Assembly (NCBI GenBank): GCA_003136185.1
Contig: PLDN01000108.1
Coordinates: forward strand, 7,312-71,311
Reading direction: 5' to 3'
Source: Acidimicrobiaceae bacterium
GTDB taxonomy: Bacteria; Actinomycetota; Acidimicrobiia; Acidimicrobiales; Bog-793
DNA: 64,000 nucleotides
Part shown: positions 42,432-52,670 of the stretch, piece by piece
Position numbering within the stretch: position 1 is the stretch's first letter
Layout: each line of letters begins with the position of its first letter
Translations under genes and position numbers: made by a program
Notes under the pieces: generated by a model
Databases searched by the model: none
Told to the model about the DNA's origin: nothing
What the model saw: the letters and a program-made list of their open reading frames with translations, nothing else

Positions 42432-43621
42432 GCACTCCGGACCTACAAACAGCCGCGGCCCTTGCCGAGGAGGCCGGGCTCCGCCGTGTGGCGATGATCG
42501 CCTGGCGGGATCTCGGTGACGCAGAGGCCGGCGGATCGGAGCTCCACGCTCACGAGATTGCTCGCCGGTGGGCACAGGCAGGCATCGAGGTGGTCATGCG
42601 AACCTCGTCGGTCGCAGGCGAGCCAGAGCGGCTAGAGCGCGACGGCTATACGGCCGTGCGAAGATCCGGTCGGTATCAGGTCTTCGGGACGGGTCCCTAC
42701 GACATCGTGCGCGGTCGGCTCGGCGCGCTCGACGGGCTGGTCGAGATCTGGAACGGGATGCCGTTCTTCAGCCCGGTCTGGGGGCGCTTCGGCGTACCGC
42801 TCCCGCGAGTCACGTGGCTGCACCACGTCCACGCCGAGATGTGGCAGATGGTGCTCGGCCCGCGGCTCGCCGCCATCGGCGACACGATCGAGTCGAAGAT
42901 CGCGCCTCGCATCTACAGGCGCACCCGCATCGTGACGCTGTCGGAGTCCTCTCGCTGCGAGATCGTCGCGATGCTCGGCATGAGGCCGAGCCGGGTGAGT
43001 GTCGTACAGCCTGGGATCGACCCGAGCTACTCGCCCGGCTCAGAGAAGAGCCCGACACCTCTTATCGTCGCAGTGGGGCGCCTCGTGCCGGTCAAGCGCT
43101 TCGATCGGCTGATCAGGGGAGTGGCCGACATGCACGAGCGCCGCAGCGACGTCGAATGCCTGATCGTCGGGGAGGGAGCCGAGCGAGATGGCCTCGAGAG
43201 GCTCCGCCACGAGCTCGGCGCCGACTCCTACATCCATCTCCCCGGCCGCTTGGCCTCGGCCGACCTGGTCGACTCCTACAGGCGGGCCTGGGTGGTTGCG
43301 TCCACGTCGGTGCGAGAGGGCTGGGGGATGACGGTCAGCGAAGCCGCCGCGTGTGGCACGCCCGCTGTCGCGAGCCGAATCGCGGGGCACCGCGATGTCG
43401 TGATCGAGGGCCAGACTGGGTTCCTTGCGAGCACCCGGGCCGAGATGGTGAGGCATCTCGAGGCGATCGTCTCGGACGAGGGCCTCCGTGAGAGGCTGGC
43501 GAAGGCAGCCCTCGATCGTGCCGCCGACCTGAGCTGGGAAGCGACGGCCGCTGGCACGCTCACTACGCTCGTCGACGAAGCGACACGGGTCGGGTCAGGT
43601 TGGCAACGAACACGGAGATGA
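42428..43621 (+). CDS. Glycosyltransferase family 4 (GT-B)
   Basis: GTGA overlap with the upstream stop. VGRLVPVKRFDRLI, GEGAERDGLERL, and the E-x7-E region REGWGMTVSEAAACGTPAVAS. Confidence 0.85.
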   Translation: MSTPDLQTAAALAEEAGLRRVAMIAWRDLGDAEAGGSELHAHEIARRWAQAGIEVVMRTSSVAGEPERLERDGYTAVRRSGRYQVFGTGPYDIVRGRLGALDGLVEIWNGMPFFSPVWGRFGVPLPRVTWLHHVHAEMWQMVLGPRLAAIGDTIESKIAPRIYRRTRIVTLSESSRCEIVAMLGMRPSRVSVVQPGIDPSYSPGSEKSPTPLIVAVGRLVPVKRFDRLIRGVADMHERRSDVECLIVGEGAERDGLERLRHELGADSYIHLPGRLASADLVDSYRRAWVVASTSVREGWGMTVSEAAACGTPAVASRIAGHRDVVIEGQTGFLASTRAEMVRHLEAIVSDEGLRERLAKAALDRAADLSWEATAAGTLTTLVDEATRVGSGWQRTRR

Positions 43622-45639
43622 GTGTCAGAGGGCGGCACCTTCCCGGCCTCGACGGGGTCCGCGCTCTCGCGATCGGTGGAGTCTTCGCGTACCACCTCGG
43701 CTTCGGCTGGGCCTCGGGCGGCTATCTAGGCGTCGACCTCTTCTTCGTGCTGTCCGGGTTCCTCATCTCGAGCCTGCTCGTGGAGGAGTGGCTGGAGAAG
43801 TCGACGATTGGTCTGGCGGCGTTCTGGGGACGCCGTGCGCGCCGCCTGCTTCCTGGACTGCTGTTGATGCTGGCCGTCCTCGGGGTGTTCCTCCTCGCGT
43901 TCGGCCCCGGGCCGCTCGTCGATCTTCGCGAGGTGCGCGACGACGCGCTCGCCACAGTGCTGTATGTGGCGAACTGGCATCAGCTCTTTGCGCACCAGTC
44001 CTACTTCGACCAATACGCGGCGCCTTCGCCTCTCCAGCACACGTGGTCGCTCGGGATCGAGGAGCAGTTCTACGTCGTCTGGCCGCTCGTGATGCTCGGC
44101 CTGCTCTCGCTTGGTCGTGGGAGGTGGCGCGCCGTCGGCTTGGCCGTCGCCGGCGCAGGAGCCGCTGCGTCGGCCGGGTGGATGGCCTTCTTGGCGGCAC
44201 ACGGCGCGTCGGTCAACCGCCTGTACTACGGCTCCGACACGCGCGCGTTCGACCTGTTGATCGGCGCCTTGCTCGCATTCGCGGTTGCGGGCCGTGCGCA
44301 GCCGGGCGAGCGTTCCCGGCGCCTCCTCTCGGTCGCCGCACCGGCCGCCCTCGTCGGCCTCGGCCTGTTCTGGTGGCGTGCGGGGAGCCTCGCGGGTGCA
44401 AACGGGCGACACATGTTCGAGTGGGGCTTCCTGCTTTGCGCGTGCGCGGCGGCGGTCATCCTCGCAGACGTCCGCCAGGAGACACTCTCGCCGCTCGGGA
44501 AGATACTGGCGATCCGGCCGCTCCAGTTCATCGGGCAGATCTCTTATGAGCTGTACCTATGGCACTGGCCAGTCATTTGTGAGTTGACATCTGCGAGGCT
44601 CGGCATCAGCGGCCTCCTCCTCGATCTCGTGCAGGTGGCAGTGGCTCTGACACTGGCGGTGGTGAGCTTCTTCCTCGTCGACCGGCCGCTCCGCAGGTGG
44701 TCCTTCCAGGGCTGGCCGAGACCGGTCCGGGTGCTGACCGCACCGGTTGGGATGGTTGCCGCTGCGGTGGTCATGGTGATCGCGACGGTTCCCGGCCCGA
44801 TCGTGAAGGCCCCGGTCGTGAAGGACGTGAAGACGAGGGGCCCGGGAATACCGGGCGCCGGCAACATGGTCGGAGGACCTATCCACCTGGCTGAGACCCC
44901 CACGCGGGCGCACCCGTTGCGCATCATCTTGTTCGGGGACTCGGTCATGCGCGGCGACGCCCCCGCCATCACGGCCGCGCTGCAATCGACCGGGGTGGTC
45001 CAGGTGGTCGACGCGGGCTTCGACGCCTGGGGTTTCACGACGGACAAGAGCTGGCGACAGAACGTGCCCAGCCAGATCCGAGCTCACCACGCCCAGCTCG
45101 TGATCGCGATGTGGAGCTGGGACGACGACTTCCTTGTGGGCCACTCCGCCGAATACCGGAGTTGGATGAAGCAGTTCGTGCGCATAGTGACGGACCAGGT
45201 CGGCGTCGACGGCCTCATCTTTCAAGAGTTCCCGCAAATTGGACCACCGAGCAGCGACATCCCCATCAACGCGTGGAACGAGCTCGTCGCCTCGATCGTC
45301 TCGGTCGCCCCTGGAAAGGTCATGTACCTTCCGCTCGGGGCTTCGGTCGAGCGAGAGGGCCATTTCGAGTCCTGGCTCCCGACCGGCGATGACTGGAAGC
45401 TCCCGACAGACGACTGGGTGCGCGTCCGGTCGGTCGACTCTGTGCACTTCTGCCCGCCCGGCGCTGCTCGCTATGCCGCCGCGCTGGTATCTGACCTGAC
45501 GGCGATGTACCACTTGCCGAAGACGGCGCCGGGTTGGTCGTCGGCCTCGTGGACGCAGGGACCCGACTATGAGCAACCGCCGGGGAACTGCCCGGACGAT
45601 CACCCGCCCGACGCGGCGGCGGTTAGCGTACGCGGCTGA
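43618..45639 (+). CDS. Acyltransferase-3 (OafA-type) membrane domain fused to a C-terminal SGNH hydrolase-like domain
   Basis: ATGA overlap with the upstream stop. LPGLDGVRALAIGGVFAYHLG...GYLGVDLFFVLSGFLIS and about 10 TM helices. The extracytoplasmic part carries the block-I-like RIILFGDSVMRGD. Confidence 0.85.
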   Translation: MSVRGRHLPGLDGVRALAIGGVFAYHLGFGWASGGYLGVDLFFVLSGFLISSLLVEEWLEKSTIGLAAFWGRRARRLLPGLLLMLAVLGVFLLAFGPGPLVDLREVRDDALATVLYVANWHQLFAHQSYFDQYAAPSPLQHTWSLGIEEQFYVVWPLVMLGLLSLGRGRWRAVGLAVAGAGAAASAGWMAFLAAHGASVNRLYYGSDTRAFDLLIGALLAFAVAGRAQPGERSRRLLSVAAPAALVGLGLFWWRAGSLAGANGRHMFEWGFLLCACAAAVILADVRQETLSPLGKILAIRPLQFIGQISYELYLWHWPVICELTSARLGISGLLLDLVQVAVALTLAVVSFFLVDRPLRRWSFQGWPRPVRVLTAPVGMVAAAVVMVIATVPGPIVKAPVVKDVKTRGPGIPGAGNMVGGPIHLAETPTRAHPLRIILFGDSVMRGDAPAITAALQSTGVVQVVDAGFDAWGFTTDKSWRQNVPSQIRAHHAQLVIAMWSWDDDFLVGHSAEYRSWMKQFVRIVTDQVGVDGLIFQEFPQIGPPSSDIPINAWNELVASIVSVAPGKVMYLPLGASVEREGHFESWLPTGDDWKLPTDDWVRVRSVDSVHFCPPGAARYAAALVSDLTAMYHLPKTAPGWSSASWTQGPDYEQPPGNCPDDHPPDAAAVSVRG

Positions 45640-45640
45640 C

Positions 45641-46261
45641 GTGATTGCGATTGGGCTCACCGGCGGAATCGGCTCCGGCAAATCGACAGTGGCCTCGATG
45701 CTCGTCGAGCGCGGAGCCGTGCTGATCGACGCAGACGTGTTGGCGCGCGAGGTGGTCGAGCCCGGGCGGGAGGCGTTCGGCAAGGTGCGGTCGCGTTTCG
45801 GCGACGACGTACTCGCAGCCGACGGATCCCTCGACCGCGCAGCGTTGGCGGCGATCGTCTTCGCCGACGCGGCGGCGCGGGCTGACCTGAACGCGATCGT
45901 CCATCCCGAGGTCGGGCGGGAGATGCTGGAGCGCCTCGCACAAGAGGCGGACACCGATCACATCGTGATCCTCGACATTCCCCTTCTGGCAGAGGGCGGG
46001 CGTGACCGCTACCGGGTTGCAGGGGTGCTCGTCGTCGACTGCCCTCTCGAGCTCGCGATCGAGAGATTGGTTACCCAGCGGGAGATGAGCCGGAACGATG
46101 CTGAGCGGCGAGCCGCCGCGCAGATCTCTCGTGAGGAGCGACTTCGTGTTGCCGACTTCATCATCATGAACATGGGGAGCATCGAAGAGCTGGCGGAGAT
46201 GGTGCGCCGGGCGTGGGAGTGGATCGAGTCTTTGAGGGCGGAGGCGGCTGCGACGTCTTGA
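45641..46261 (+). CDS. coaE: Dephospho-CoA kinase
   Basis: GTG lies 2 nt after the upstream stop. VIAIGLTGGIGSGKSTVASML, IDADVLAREVVEPG, VLVVDCP. 206 aa. Confidence 0.9.
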   Translation: MIAIGLTGGIGSGKSTVASMLVERGAVLIDADVLAREVVEPGREAFGKVRSRFGDDVLAADGSLDRAALAAIVFADAAARADLNAIVHPEVGREMLERLAQEADTDHIVILDIPLLAEGGRDRYRVAGVLVVDCPLELAIERLVTQREMSRNDAERRAAAQISREERLRVADFIIMNMGSIEELAEMVRRAWEWIESLRAEAAATS

Positions 46262-46322
46262 GAGCACGTTCGGTAGCGGTCTTGACCGCGCGCGTTGCCT
46301 CTGCGGGTCGCTAAGACCAATA

Positions 46323-47000
46323 ATGCAGGCGATGGGATCGGGCCAGTCATCGAAGGACGGTCGCGCGGGCAGCTCGTCGGCGCAGAGCGCCGCTTGGTCC
46401 GCCTGGCTTGCGAACTCCGTGTGGTACGCCACGTCGACCCGTCCGGGAGCAAAGGGTGAAGGGGTACCTGGTCCCGGCACAGATTTCGGTCCCGGATCGA
46501 CGGTCCGGGCGTCTGACGCAGAGCGATCCCAAGTGATCGACTCTCTGTCGCAGCACTTCGGGGAGGGGCGCCTTGACCAAGAGGAGCTAGACGACCGGCT
46601 GCAGCGCGCCATGTCGGCCAAGACGCGGGGCGACCTGGTGCCGCTGCTGATCGACCTGCCGACGCCACACGCCGACGCCTCGCTGAGGACGCCATCGGTG
46701 CGCCAGCGGGTGCGGAGACAGCTCGCCGGCCTGTCAGCAGCCGTCTCGGTGTTAGTCGTCCTCGCGGTCGTATGGCTGGTATTAGCCCCCGCCCATGGGG
46801 CAAAGGGGTGGGCGATCCTTTTCTTCCTCGCGGCGGCGTACCTCCTCCGCCGCTACAGCAAGATCCGGCGCCGCCGTCTCCGTCACGAGCACCTCCATGA
46901 GCATGGCACGACGCACTGGCACGGCCCGAACGGACGGGTGCGAGCGGAGTTCGACGTTCGTCGCCTCGGCTCGAGGTCCGGTCCGCACGACCACCGATGA
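46323..47000 (+). CDS. DUF1707 (SHOCT-like) domain membrane protein
   Basis: RASDAERSQVIDSLSQHFGEGRLDQEELDDRLQRAMSAKTRGDLVPLLIDLP, followed by two hydrophobic helices and a His/Arg-rich tail. The start is uncertain. Confidence 0.65.
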   Translation: MQAMGSGQSSKDGRAGSSSAQSAAWSAWLANSVWYATSTRPGAKGEGVPGPGTDFGPGSTVRASDAERSQVIDSLSQHFGEGRLDQEELDDRLQRAMSAKTRGDLVPLLIDLPTPHADASLRTPSVRQRVRRQLAGLSAAVSVLVVLAVVWLVLAPAHGAKGWAILFFLAAAYLLRRYSKIRRRRLRHEHLHEHGTTHWHGPNGRVRAEFDVRRLGSRSGPHDHR

Positions 47001-47057
47001 CCAGGTCATCTCTGGGCAGAGACGTCAACGCGCACCCTGTCGGTACCATCGAAACGA

Positions 47058-49148
47058 ATGCCTCCGTTTCGAGTAGTCAGTGACTTCACACCCGCCGGTG
47101 ACCAACCGGCCGCAATTGCCGCGCTCTCTGCCGGGATCCAGCGAGGAGATCGCTTCCAGACGCTGCTCGGGATAACCGGCAGCGGTAAGAGCGCGACGGT
47201 CGCGTGGACCATCGAGCAGGTCCAGCGCCCCACTCTCGTTCTCGCGCCGAACAAGTCCCTGGCGGCGCAGCTGGCGGGAGAGCTGCGGGGCTTCTTCCCC
47301 GAGAACCGGGTCGAGTACTTCGTGTCCTACTACGACTACTACCAGCCGGAGGCCTATCTCCCCTCGTCGGACACCTATATCGAGAAGGACTCCTCGATCA
47401 ACGACGAGATCGATCGGCTGCGCCACTCGACGACAGCGAGCCTTTTGACAAGGCGCGACGTCATCGTCGTTGCCTCCGTCTCGTGCATCTACGGGCTCGG
47501 ATCACCGGAGGAGTACCGCGACCGGATCATCGTGATGCACCCCGGCGAGCTGCACGATCAGCGGTCGATCCTGACCCGGCTCGTCGATCTTCGTTACGAG
47601 CGCAACGACCAGAACCTCGTCCGGGGCAAGTTCCGAGTCCGCGGGGACACGATCGAGGTCCATCCGGCTTACGAGGAGTACGCAGTACGGATCGAGCTCT
47701 ACGGGGACGATGTCGAGCGAGTCACCCGTTTCGACGTGATGACAGGCGAGATACTTGGCGAGCTCGACGAGCTCGTGATCTTCCCAGCGACTCACTACGT
47801 CGCAGGCGACGAGCGGACCCGGAAGGCGATCGAGTCCATCGAGGCGGAGCTCCGCGTGCGCCTTCCCGAGCTCGAGGCAGGCGGCAAGATGCTCGAGGCC
47901 CAGCGCCTCAGGATGCGGACCGAGTACGACCTCGAGATGTTGGCGGAGGTCGGTAGCTGCAGCGGCATCGAGAACTACAGCCGACATCTCGACGGCCGGA
48001 GTGCCGGAGAGCCGCCTTACACACTGCTCGATTATTTTCCCGAGGACTGGCTGCTCGTGATCGACGAGAGCCACGTGACGGTGCCGCAGTTGCACGGGCA
48101 GTTCGAGGGCGACCGGTCACGCAAGGAGGTCCTCGTCGAGCACGGGTTCCGCCTGCCGTCCGCGATGGACAACCGGCCGTTGCGCTTCAAGGAGCTCGAG
48201 ACCCGGCTCAACCAGGTGATCTTCATGTCGGCAACTCCCGCCCAATATGAGCTGACGATCTCCGACCAGGTAGTCGAGCAGATCGTCCGCCCGACGGGCC
48301 TTGTCGACCCTGAGGTGGTGGTGAAGCCCACGAAGGGCCAGATCGACGACCTGATAGCAGAGATCCAGAAGACGACCGCACGGGGCGAGCGCGTCCTCGT
48401 CACGACGCTCACGAAGAAGATGGCAGAGGACCTGAGTGACTACCTGCTCGAATCCGGGCTGCGGGTCCGTTACTTGCACTCGAACATCGACACGATCGAG
48501 CGCATCGAGATCGTGCGTGACCTTCGCCTCGGTGAGTTCGACGTGCTGGTCGGGATCAACCTCTTGCGGGAGGGTCTCGACCTTCCCGAGGTCTCGCTCG
48601 TGGCGATCCTCGACGCCGACAAGGAGGGATTCTTGCGGTCGACGACGTCGCTCATCCAGACGATGGGCCGGGCCGCGAGGAACGTCTCGGGCAACGTTGT
48701 GCTGTACGCGGATGTCATCACCGATTCGATGCGGCGGGCGATGGCCGAGACGGAACGTCGCCGTACCGTTCAGCGCGCCTACAACGCCGAGCACGGGATC
48801 GACCCTCAGACGATCCAGAAGGCTGTGACGGACCTCGTGGCGCAGTTCCGGAGTGCCTCGGGGGCGTCTCATAGCGAGGACGGCTCACCGCTCCCGTCGA
48901 GGGTCGGCTCCGACCGTTCGCGCAGAGCCGGGCGCCGGGCGGCGGAGCGGATCGCGGCCACGATGGGAGCGTCGAGTGGGCGGGGCGGCGACGGCTCGGG
49001 AGAGTTGCCTGCGGACGAGCTCGAGCGGCTCATCGACACGCTCGAAGCCGAGATGCAGACGGCCGCCACCGAATTGCGCTTCGAGTACGCTGCCCGGCTT
49101 CGCGACGAGATCCGCTCGCTGCGAAGAGAGCTTCGAGAGGTCGGCTGA
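47058..49148 (+). CDS. uvrB: Excinuclease ABC subunit B
   Basis: [76 protein letters not shown], and the C-terminal UVR motif. Confidence 0.95.
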   Translation: MPPFRVVSDFTPAGDQPAAIAALSAGIQRGDRFQTLLGITGSGKSATVAWTIEQVQRPTLVLAPNKSLAAQLAGELRGFFPENRVEYFVSYYDYYQPEAYLPSSDTYIEKDSSINDEIDRLRHSTTASLLTRRDVIVVASVSCIYGLGSPEEYRDRIIVMHPGELHDQRSILTRLVDLRYERNDQNLVRGKFRVRGDTIEVHPAYEEYAVRIELYGDDVERVTRFDVMTGEILGELDELVIFPATHYVAGDERTRKAIESIEAELRVRLPELEAGGKMLEAQRLRMRTEYDLEMLAEVGSCSGIENYSRHLDGRSAGEPPYTLLDYFPEDWLLVIDESHVTVPQLHGQFEGDRSRKEVLVEHGFRLPSAMDNRPLRFKELETRLNQVIFMSATPAQYELTISDQVVEQIVRPTGLVDPEVVVKPTKGQIDDLIAEIQKTTARGERVLVTTLTKKMAEDLSDYLLESGLRVRYLHSNIDTIERIEIVRDLRLGEFDVLVGINLLREGLDLPEVSLVAILDADKEGFLRSTTSLIQTMGRAARNVSGNVVLYADVITDSMRRAMAETERRRTVQRAYNAEHGIDPQTIQKAVTDLVAQFRSASGASHSEDGSPLPSRVGSDRSRRAGRRAAERIAATMGASSGRGGDGSGELPADELERLIDTLEAEMQTAATELRFEYAARLRDEIRSLRRELREVG

Positions 49149-49150
49149 GC

Positions 49151-51994
49151 GTGGCAAATTCCCTCGTTATCCGGGGAGCTCGCGAGCACAACCTCAAGAA
49201 CGTGTCTCTCGAGCTGCCGAGGGACAAGCTGATTGTCTTCACTGGCCTGTCGGGCTCGGGGAAGTCGTCTCTCGCGTTCGACACGATCTACGCCGAGGGA
49301 CAGAGGCGCTATGTCGAGTCGCTGTCCTCCTACGCCCGGCAGTTCCTCGGGCAGATGGACAAGCCGGACGTCGACTTCATAGAGGGCCTCTCACCGGCGA
49401 TCTCGATCGACCAGAAGTCGGCCTCGCGCAATCCGCGCTCGACCGTCGGGACAGTCACGGAGGTCTATGACTACCTGCGCCTGCTGTTCGCCCGCATCGG
49501 ACTGCCGCATTGCCCGAGCTGTGGGAGAACGGTGAGCCGCCAAAGCCCTCAGCAGATCGTCGACCGTGTCCTGCAGCTCGGTGACGGCACCCGCTTCCAG
49601 GTCCTCGCCCCGGTCGTGCGGGGTCGCAAGGGCGAGTACTCGTCCCTCTTGGACGACTTGGCGAAGCAGGGATTTGCGCGGGTCCGCGTCGACGGCAAGG
49701 TCATTGACCTCGCCGAGCGGTCCACGGTGGAGCTTGCACGCTACGAGCAGCACACGATAGAGGTGGTGGTGGACCGACTCGTGCGGAAGGACGGAATCGA
49801 ACGGCGGCTGACCGACTCCATCGAGACGGCACTTCGCCTCGGCGAGGGGATGGCCGAGATCCTCGTCGCGAGAGGTGAGAACGCCGAAGACGAGGAGGCA
49901 ATGACCTTCTCGCAGCATCTCGCCTGCACCTACTGCGGGATCTCGTTCGACGAACTCGCACCGCGCAACTTCTCGTTCAACTCACCCTACGGCGCCTGCC
50001 CCGCCTGCAACGGGCTTGGCACCCGGTTCGAGGTCGACCCTGAGCTCATCGTTCCGGACCCTGACCGCTCGATCGCCTCGGGTGCGATCTCGCCTTGGAC
50101 GGGCGCTCGCACCGAATATTTCTCCCGCGTGCTGTTCGCCGTGGCGGAGGCCCACCGGATCGACCCGAAGAAGCCATGGAGCAAGCTGACGAAGGCTCAG
50201 AAGAAGGTGTTCCTCTACGGCGCGGGCACGAAGAAGGTGCACATCCAGTACCGCAATCGCTACGGCACGCTCCGCAGCTATGACACGACGTTCGAGGGAG
50301 TCGTCACTTGGCTTCAACGGCGCCACTCCGAAGCGGAATCCGACTGGCAGCGCGAGCAGATCGAGGGCTACATGCGGGAGGTGCCCTGCCCGACATGCGG
50401 CGGCACCCGCTTGAAGCCGGAGACGTTGGCGGTGACAATCAGCGGCCGCAACATCGCCGAGCTCTGCAATCTGTCCATCCGAGGCGCTCACGATCTGCTC
50501 GGAAGCCTCGAGCTGAGCGCGCGTGAGGAGATGATCGCCGCCCGCGTCTTGAAGGAGATCCGGGCCCGCCTGCAGTTCCTCGTCGACGTCGGGCTCGACT
50601 ACTTGAGCCTCGACCGATCGGCGGCAACGCTCGCAGGCGGGGAAGCTCAGCGGATCCGGCTCGCGAGCCAGATAGGTTCGGGCCTCGTCGGCGTTCTGTA
50701 CGTGCTCGACGAGCCGTCAATCGGGCTGCATCAGCGCGACAACAAGAGGTTGATCGAGACCCTTATCCGGCTGCGCGACCTCGGGAACACCGTCCTTGTG
50801 GTCGAACACGACGAGGAGACGATCCGCGTCGGGGACCACATTGTCGACATCGGTCCGGGTGCCGGTGAGCACGGGGGAGAGGTGGTCTACTCCGGGCCTT
50901 TGAAGGGGCTCCTCGCAACAAAGGGCTCGGTGACGGGTCAGTACCTCTCGGGAAAGCGGGAGATCTCGGTGCCGCCGATGCGCCGCGAGCCGCGAGGTGA
51001 GTGGGTCACGATCCGGGGGGCGCGCGAGCACAACCTGAAGAACATCGACGTCGAGATCCCGCTCGGATGTTTCGTGGCGGTGACCGGCGTATCCGGCTCG
51101 GGCAAGTCGACGCTTGTGAACGACATCTTGCACCGCGCCCTCATGCAACGGATCTACAAGTCCCGCGGCGTTCCCGGCCGCCACAAGTCGATCGAGGGTG
51201 CCGAAGCGCTCGACAAGGTGATCGACATCGACCAGTCGCCGATCGGGAGGACGCCGAGATCCAACCCGGCAACGTACTCCGGGGTCTTCGACCACATCCG
51301 CAAGCTGTTCAGCCAGACATCCGAGGCGAGGTTGCGCGGCTATCAGCCTGGGCGCTTTTCCTTCAACGTCTCGGGCGGCCGCTGTGACGGCTGTGCCGGC
51401 GACGGCACCATCAAGATCGAGATGCACTTCCTGCCGGACGTCTACGTCCCGTGCGAGGTCTGCAAAGGGGCACGCTATAACCGGGACACTCTCGAGGTGA
51501 CGTGGCGAGGCCGCAATATCGCAGAGGTTCTCGACCTCTCCTGCGAGGAGGCGCTCGAGTACTTCTCAGCCCAGCCCGTGATCGCCCGGCACCTCCAGAC
51601 ATTGGTCGACGTCGGCCTGTCCTACGTGCGACTCGGCCAGCCGGCCCCAACGCTTTCAGGCGGGGAGGCACAGCGGGTGAAGCTCGCCTCGGAACTGTCG
51701 AAGCGGTCGACCGGGCGCACCTTGTACATCCTCGACGAACCGACCACGGGTCTTCACTTCGAGGATGTTCGCAAGCTCCTCGGCGTGTTGCAACGCCTCG
51801 TCGACAACGGCAACACCGTCTGTGTGATCGAGCACAACCTCGACGTCATCAAGTCGGCCGACTGGATCATCGACCTCGGGCCGGAGGGTGGCGACGGTGG
51901 GGGCTTGATCATCGCCGAGGGCACTCCCGAGAAGGTTGCGAAGACGGCGGAGAGCTTCACCGGGCAATACCTCGAGGCTTTGCTGGCCCGCTGA
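49151..51994 (+). CDS. uvrA: Excinuclease ABC subunit A
   Basis: [46 protein letters not shown], zinc-finger Cys pairs (CPSCGR, CTYCG...CPAC, CPTCGG, CDGCAG...CEVC), and a second ABC module [11 protein letters not shown]. Confidence 0.95.
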   Translation: MANSLVIRGAREHNLKNVSLELPRDKLIVFTGLSGSGKSSLAFDTIYAEGQRRYVESLSSYARQFLGQMDKPDVDFIEGLSPAISIDQKSASRNPRSTVGTVTEVYDYLRLLFARIGLPHCPSCGRTVSRQSPQQIVDRVLQLGDGTRFQVLAPVVRGRKGEYSSLLDDLAKQGFARVRVDGKVIDLAERSTVELARYEQHTIEVVVDRLVRKDGIERRLTDSIETALRLGEGMAEILVARGENAEDEEAMTFSQHLACTYCGISFDELAPRNFSFNSPYGACPACNGLGTRFEVDPELIVPDPDRSIASGAISPWTGARTEYFSRVLFAVAEAHRIDPKKPWSKLTKAQKKVFLYGAGTKKVHIQYRNRYGTLRSYDTTFEGVVTWLQRRHSEAESDWQREQIEGYMREVPCPTCGGTRLKPETLAVTISGRNIAELCNLSIRGAHDLLGSLELSAREEMIAARVLKEIRARLQFLVDVGLDYLSLDRSAATLAGGEAQRIRLASQIGSGLVGVLYVLDEPSIGLHQRDNKRLIETLIRLRDLGNTVLVVEHDEETIRVGDHIVDIGPGAGEHGGEVVYSGPLKGLLATKGSVTGQYLSGKREISVPPMRREPRGEWVTIRGAREHNLKNIDVEIPLGCFVAVTGVSGSGKSTLVNDILHRALMQRIYKSRGVPGRHKSIEGAEALDKVIDIDQSPIGRTPRSNPATYSGVFDHIRKLFSQTSEARLRGYQPGRFSFNVSGGRCDGCAGDGTIKIEMHFLPDVYVPCEVCKGARYNRDTLEVTWRGRNIAEVLDLSCEEALEYFSAQPVIARHLQTLVDVGLSYVRLGQPAPTLSGGEAQRVKLASELSKRSTGRTLYILDEPTTGLHFEDVRKLLGVLQRLVDNGNTVCVIEHNLDVIKSADWIIDLGPEGGDGGGLIIAEGTPEKVAKTAESFTGQYLEALLAR

Positions 51995-52053
51995 GCCACG
52001 CCGCGCCGGGGTGCCGGGGCGTCTCGAGCTAGGCGATCTGGCAAGATGCGCCG

Positions 52054-52275
52054 ATGGGAGCAAAGGGGGTCAAGCGCCGCAAGCCCCATCACCCCCTGAC
52101 CTCGCCCGAGGGGGAGCTCGCTCCGCTCCGGACTGCCGGTGACTACGGCGCCTACACGCCGTTTGGTGTGGTCCGCTCGATCGGGTACTTCGCGGCGGGT
52201 TTCGCGCGTCGTTCGAAGGAGTCCCGCGAACGCAGGCGTTGGTGGGCACCCCCTCGGCGGCGTCCTCACATCTGA
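52054..52275 (+). CDS. Hypothetical small basic protein (73 aa)
   Basis: The ORF has about 77% GC3 by my hand count and ends 8 nt before the VOC gene start. No family recognised. The support is weak. Confidence 0.25.
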   Translation: MGAKGVKRRKPHHPLTSPEGELAPLRTAGDYGAYTPFGVVRSIGYFAAGFARRSKESRERRRWWAPPRRRPHI

Positions 52276-52282
52276 GGCCCCG

Positions 52283-52660
52283 ATGGTTCACCGGATCGTA
52301 CGTCTCGACCACGTACAGCTCGCTATGCCGAAAGACGAGGAGGGGGCTGCCGAAGCCTTTTACGTCGGACTGCTCGGCTTCGAGGTACTGCCCAAGCCTG
52401 CCGCGCTCGCCCTCCGAGGCGGAAGGTGGTTTGGCACCGACGGCGGGAGGGTGCAAGTCCATCTCGGGGTGGAGGAGGATTTCCGTCCTGCCAAGAAGGC
52501 CCATCCAGCACTCATAGTCGACTCGCTCGACGATCTCGTCGAGGTCTTCGCGCAGGCCGGGATCCCGGTTCGGTGGGACGAGGAGAATCCCGCAGTGCGG
52601 CGCTGCTATGTGGACGACCCGTTCGGCAACCGGATCGAGCTCATAGACTCCGCAGGTTGA
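52283..52660 (+). CDS. VOC (glyoxalase/bleomycin resistance/dioxygenase) family protein
   Basis: ATG 52283 is preceded by GAGG. LDHVQLAMPKDEEGAAEAFYVGLLGFE ... YVDDPFGNRIELI. Confidence 0.8.
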   Translation: MVHRIVRLDHVQLAMPKDEEGAAEAFYVGLLGFEVLPKPAALALRGGRWFGTDGGRVQVHLGVEEDFRPAKKAHPALIVDSLDDLVEVFAQAGIPVRWDEENPAVRRCYVDDPFGNRIELIDSAG

Positions 52661-52670
52661 TCGGCTCCGC

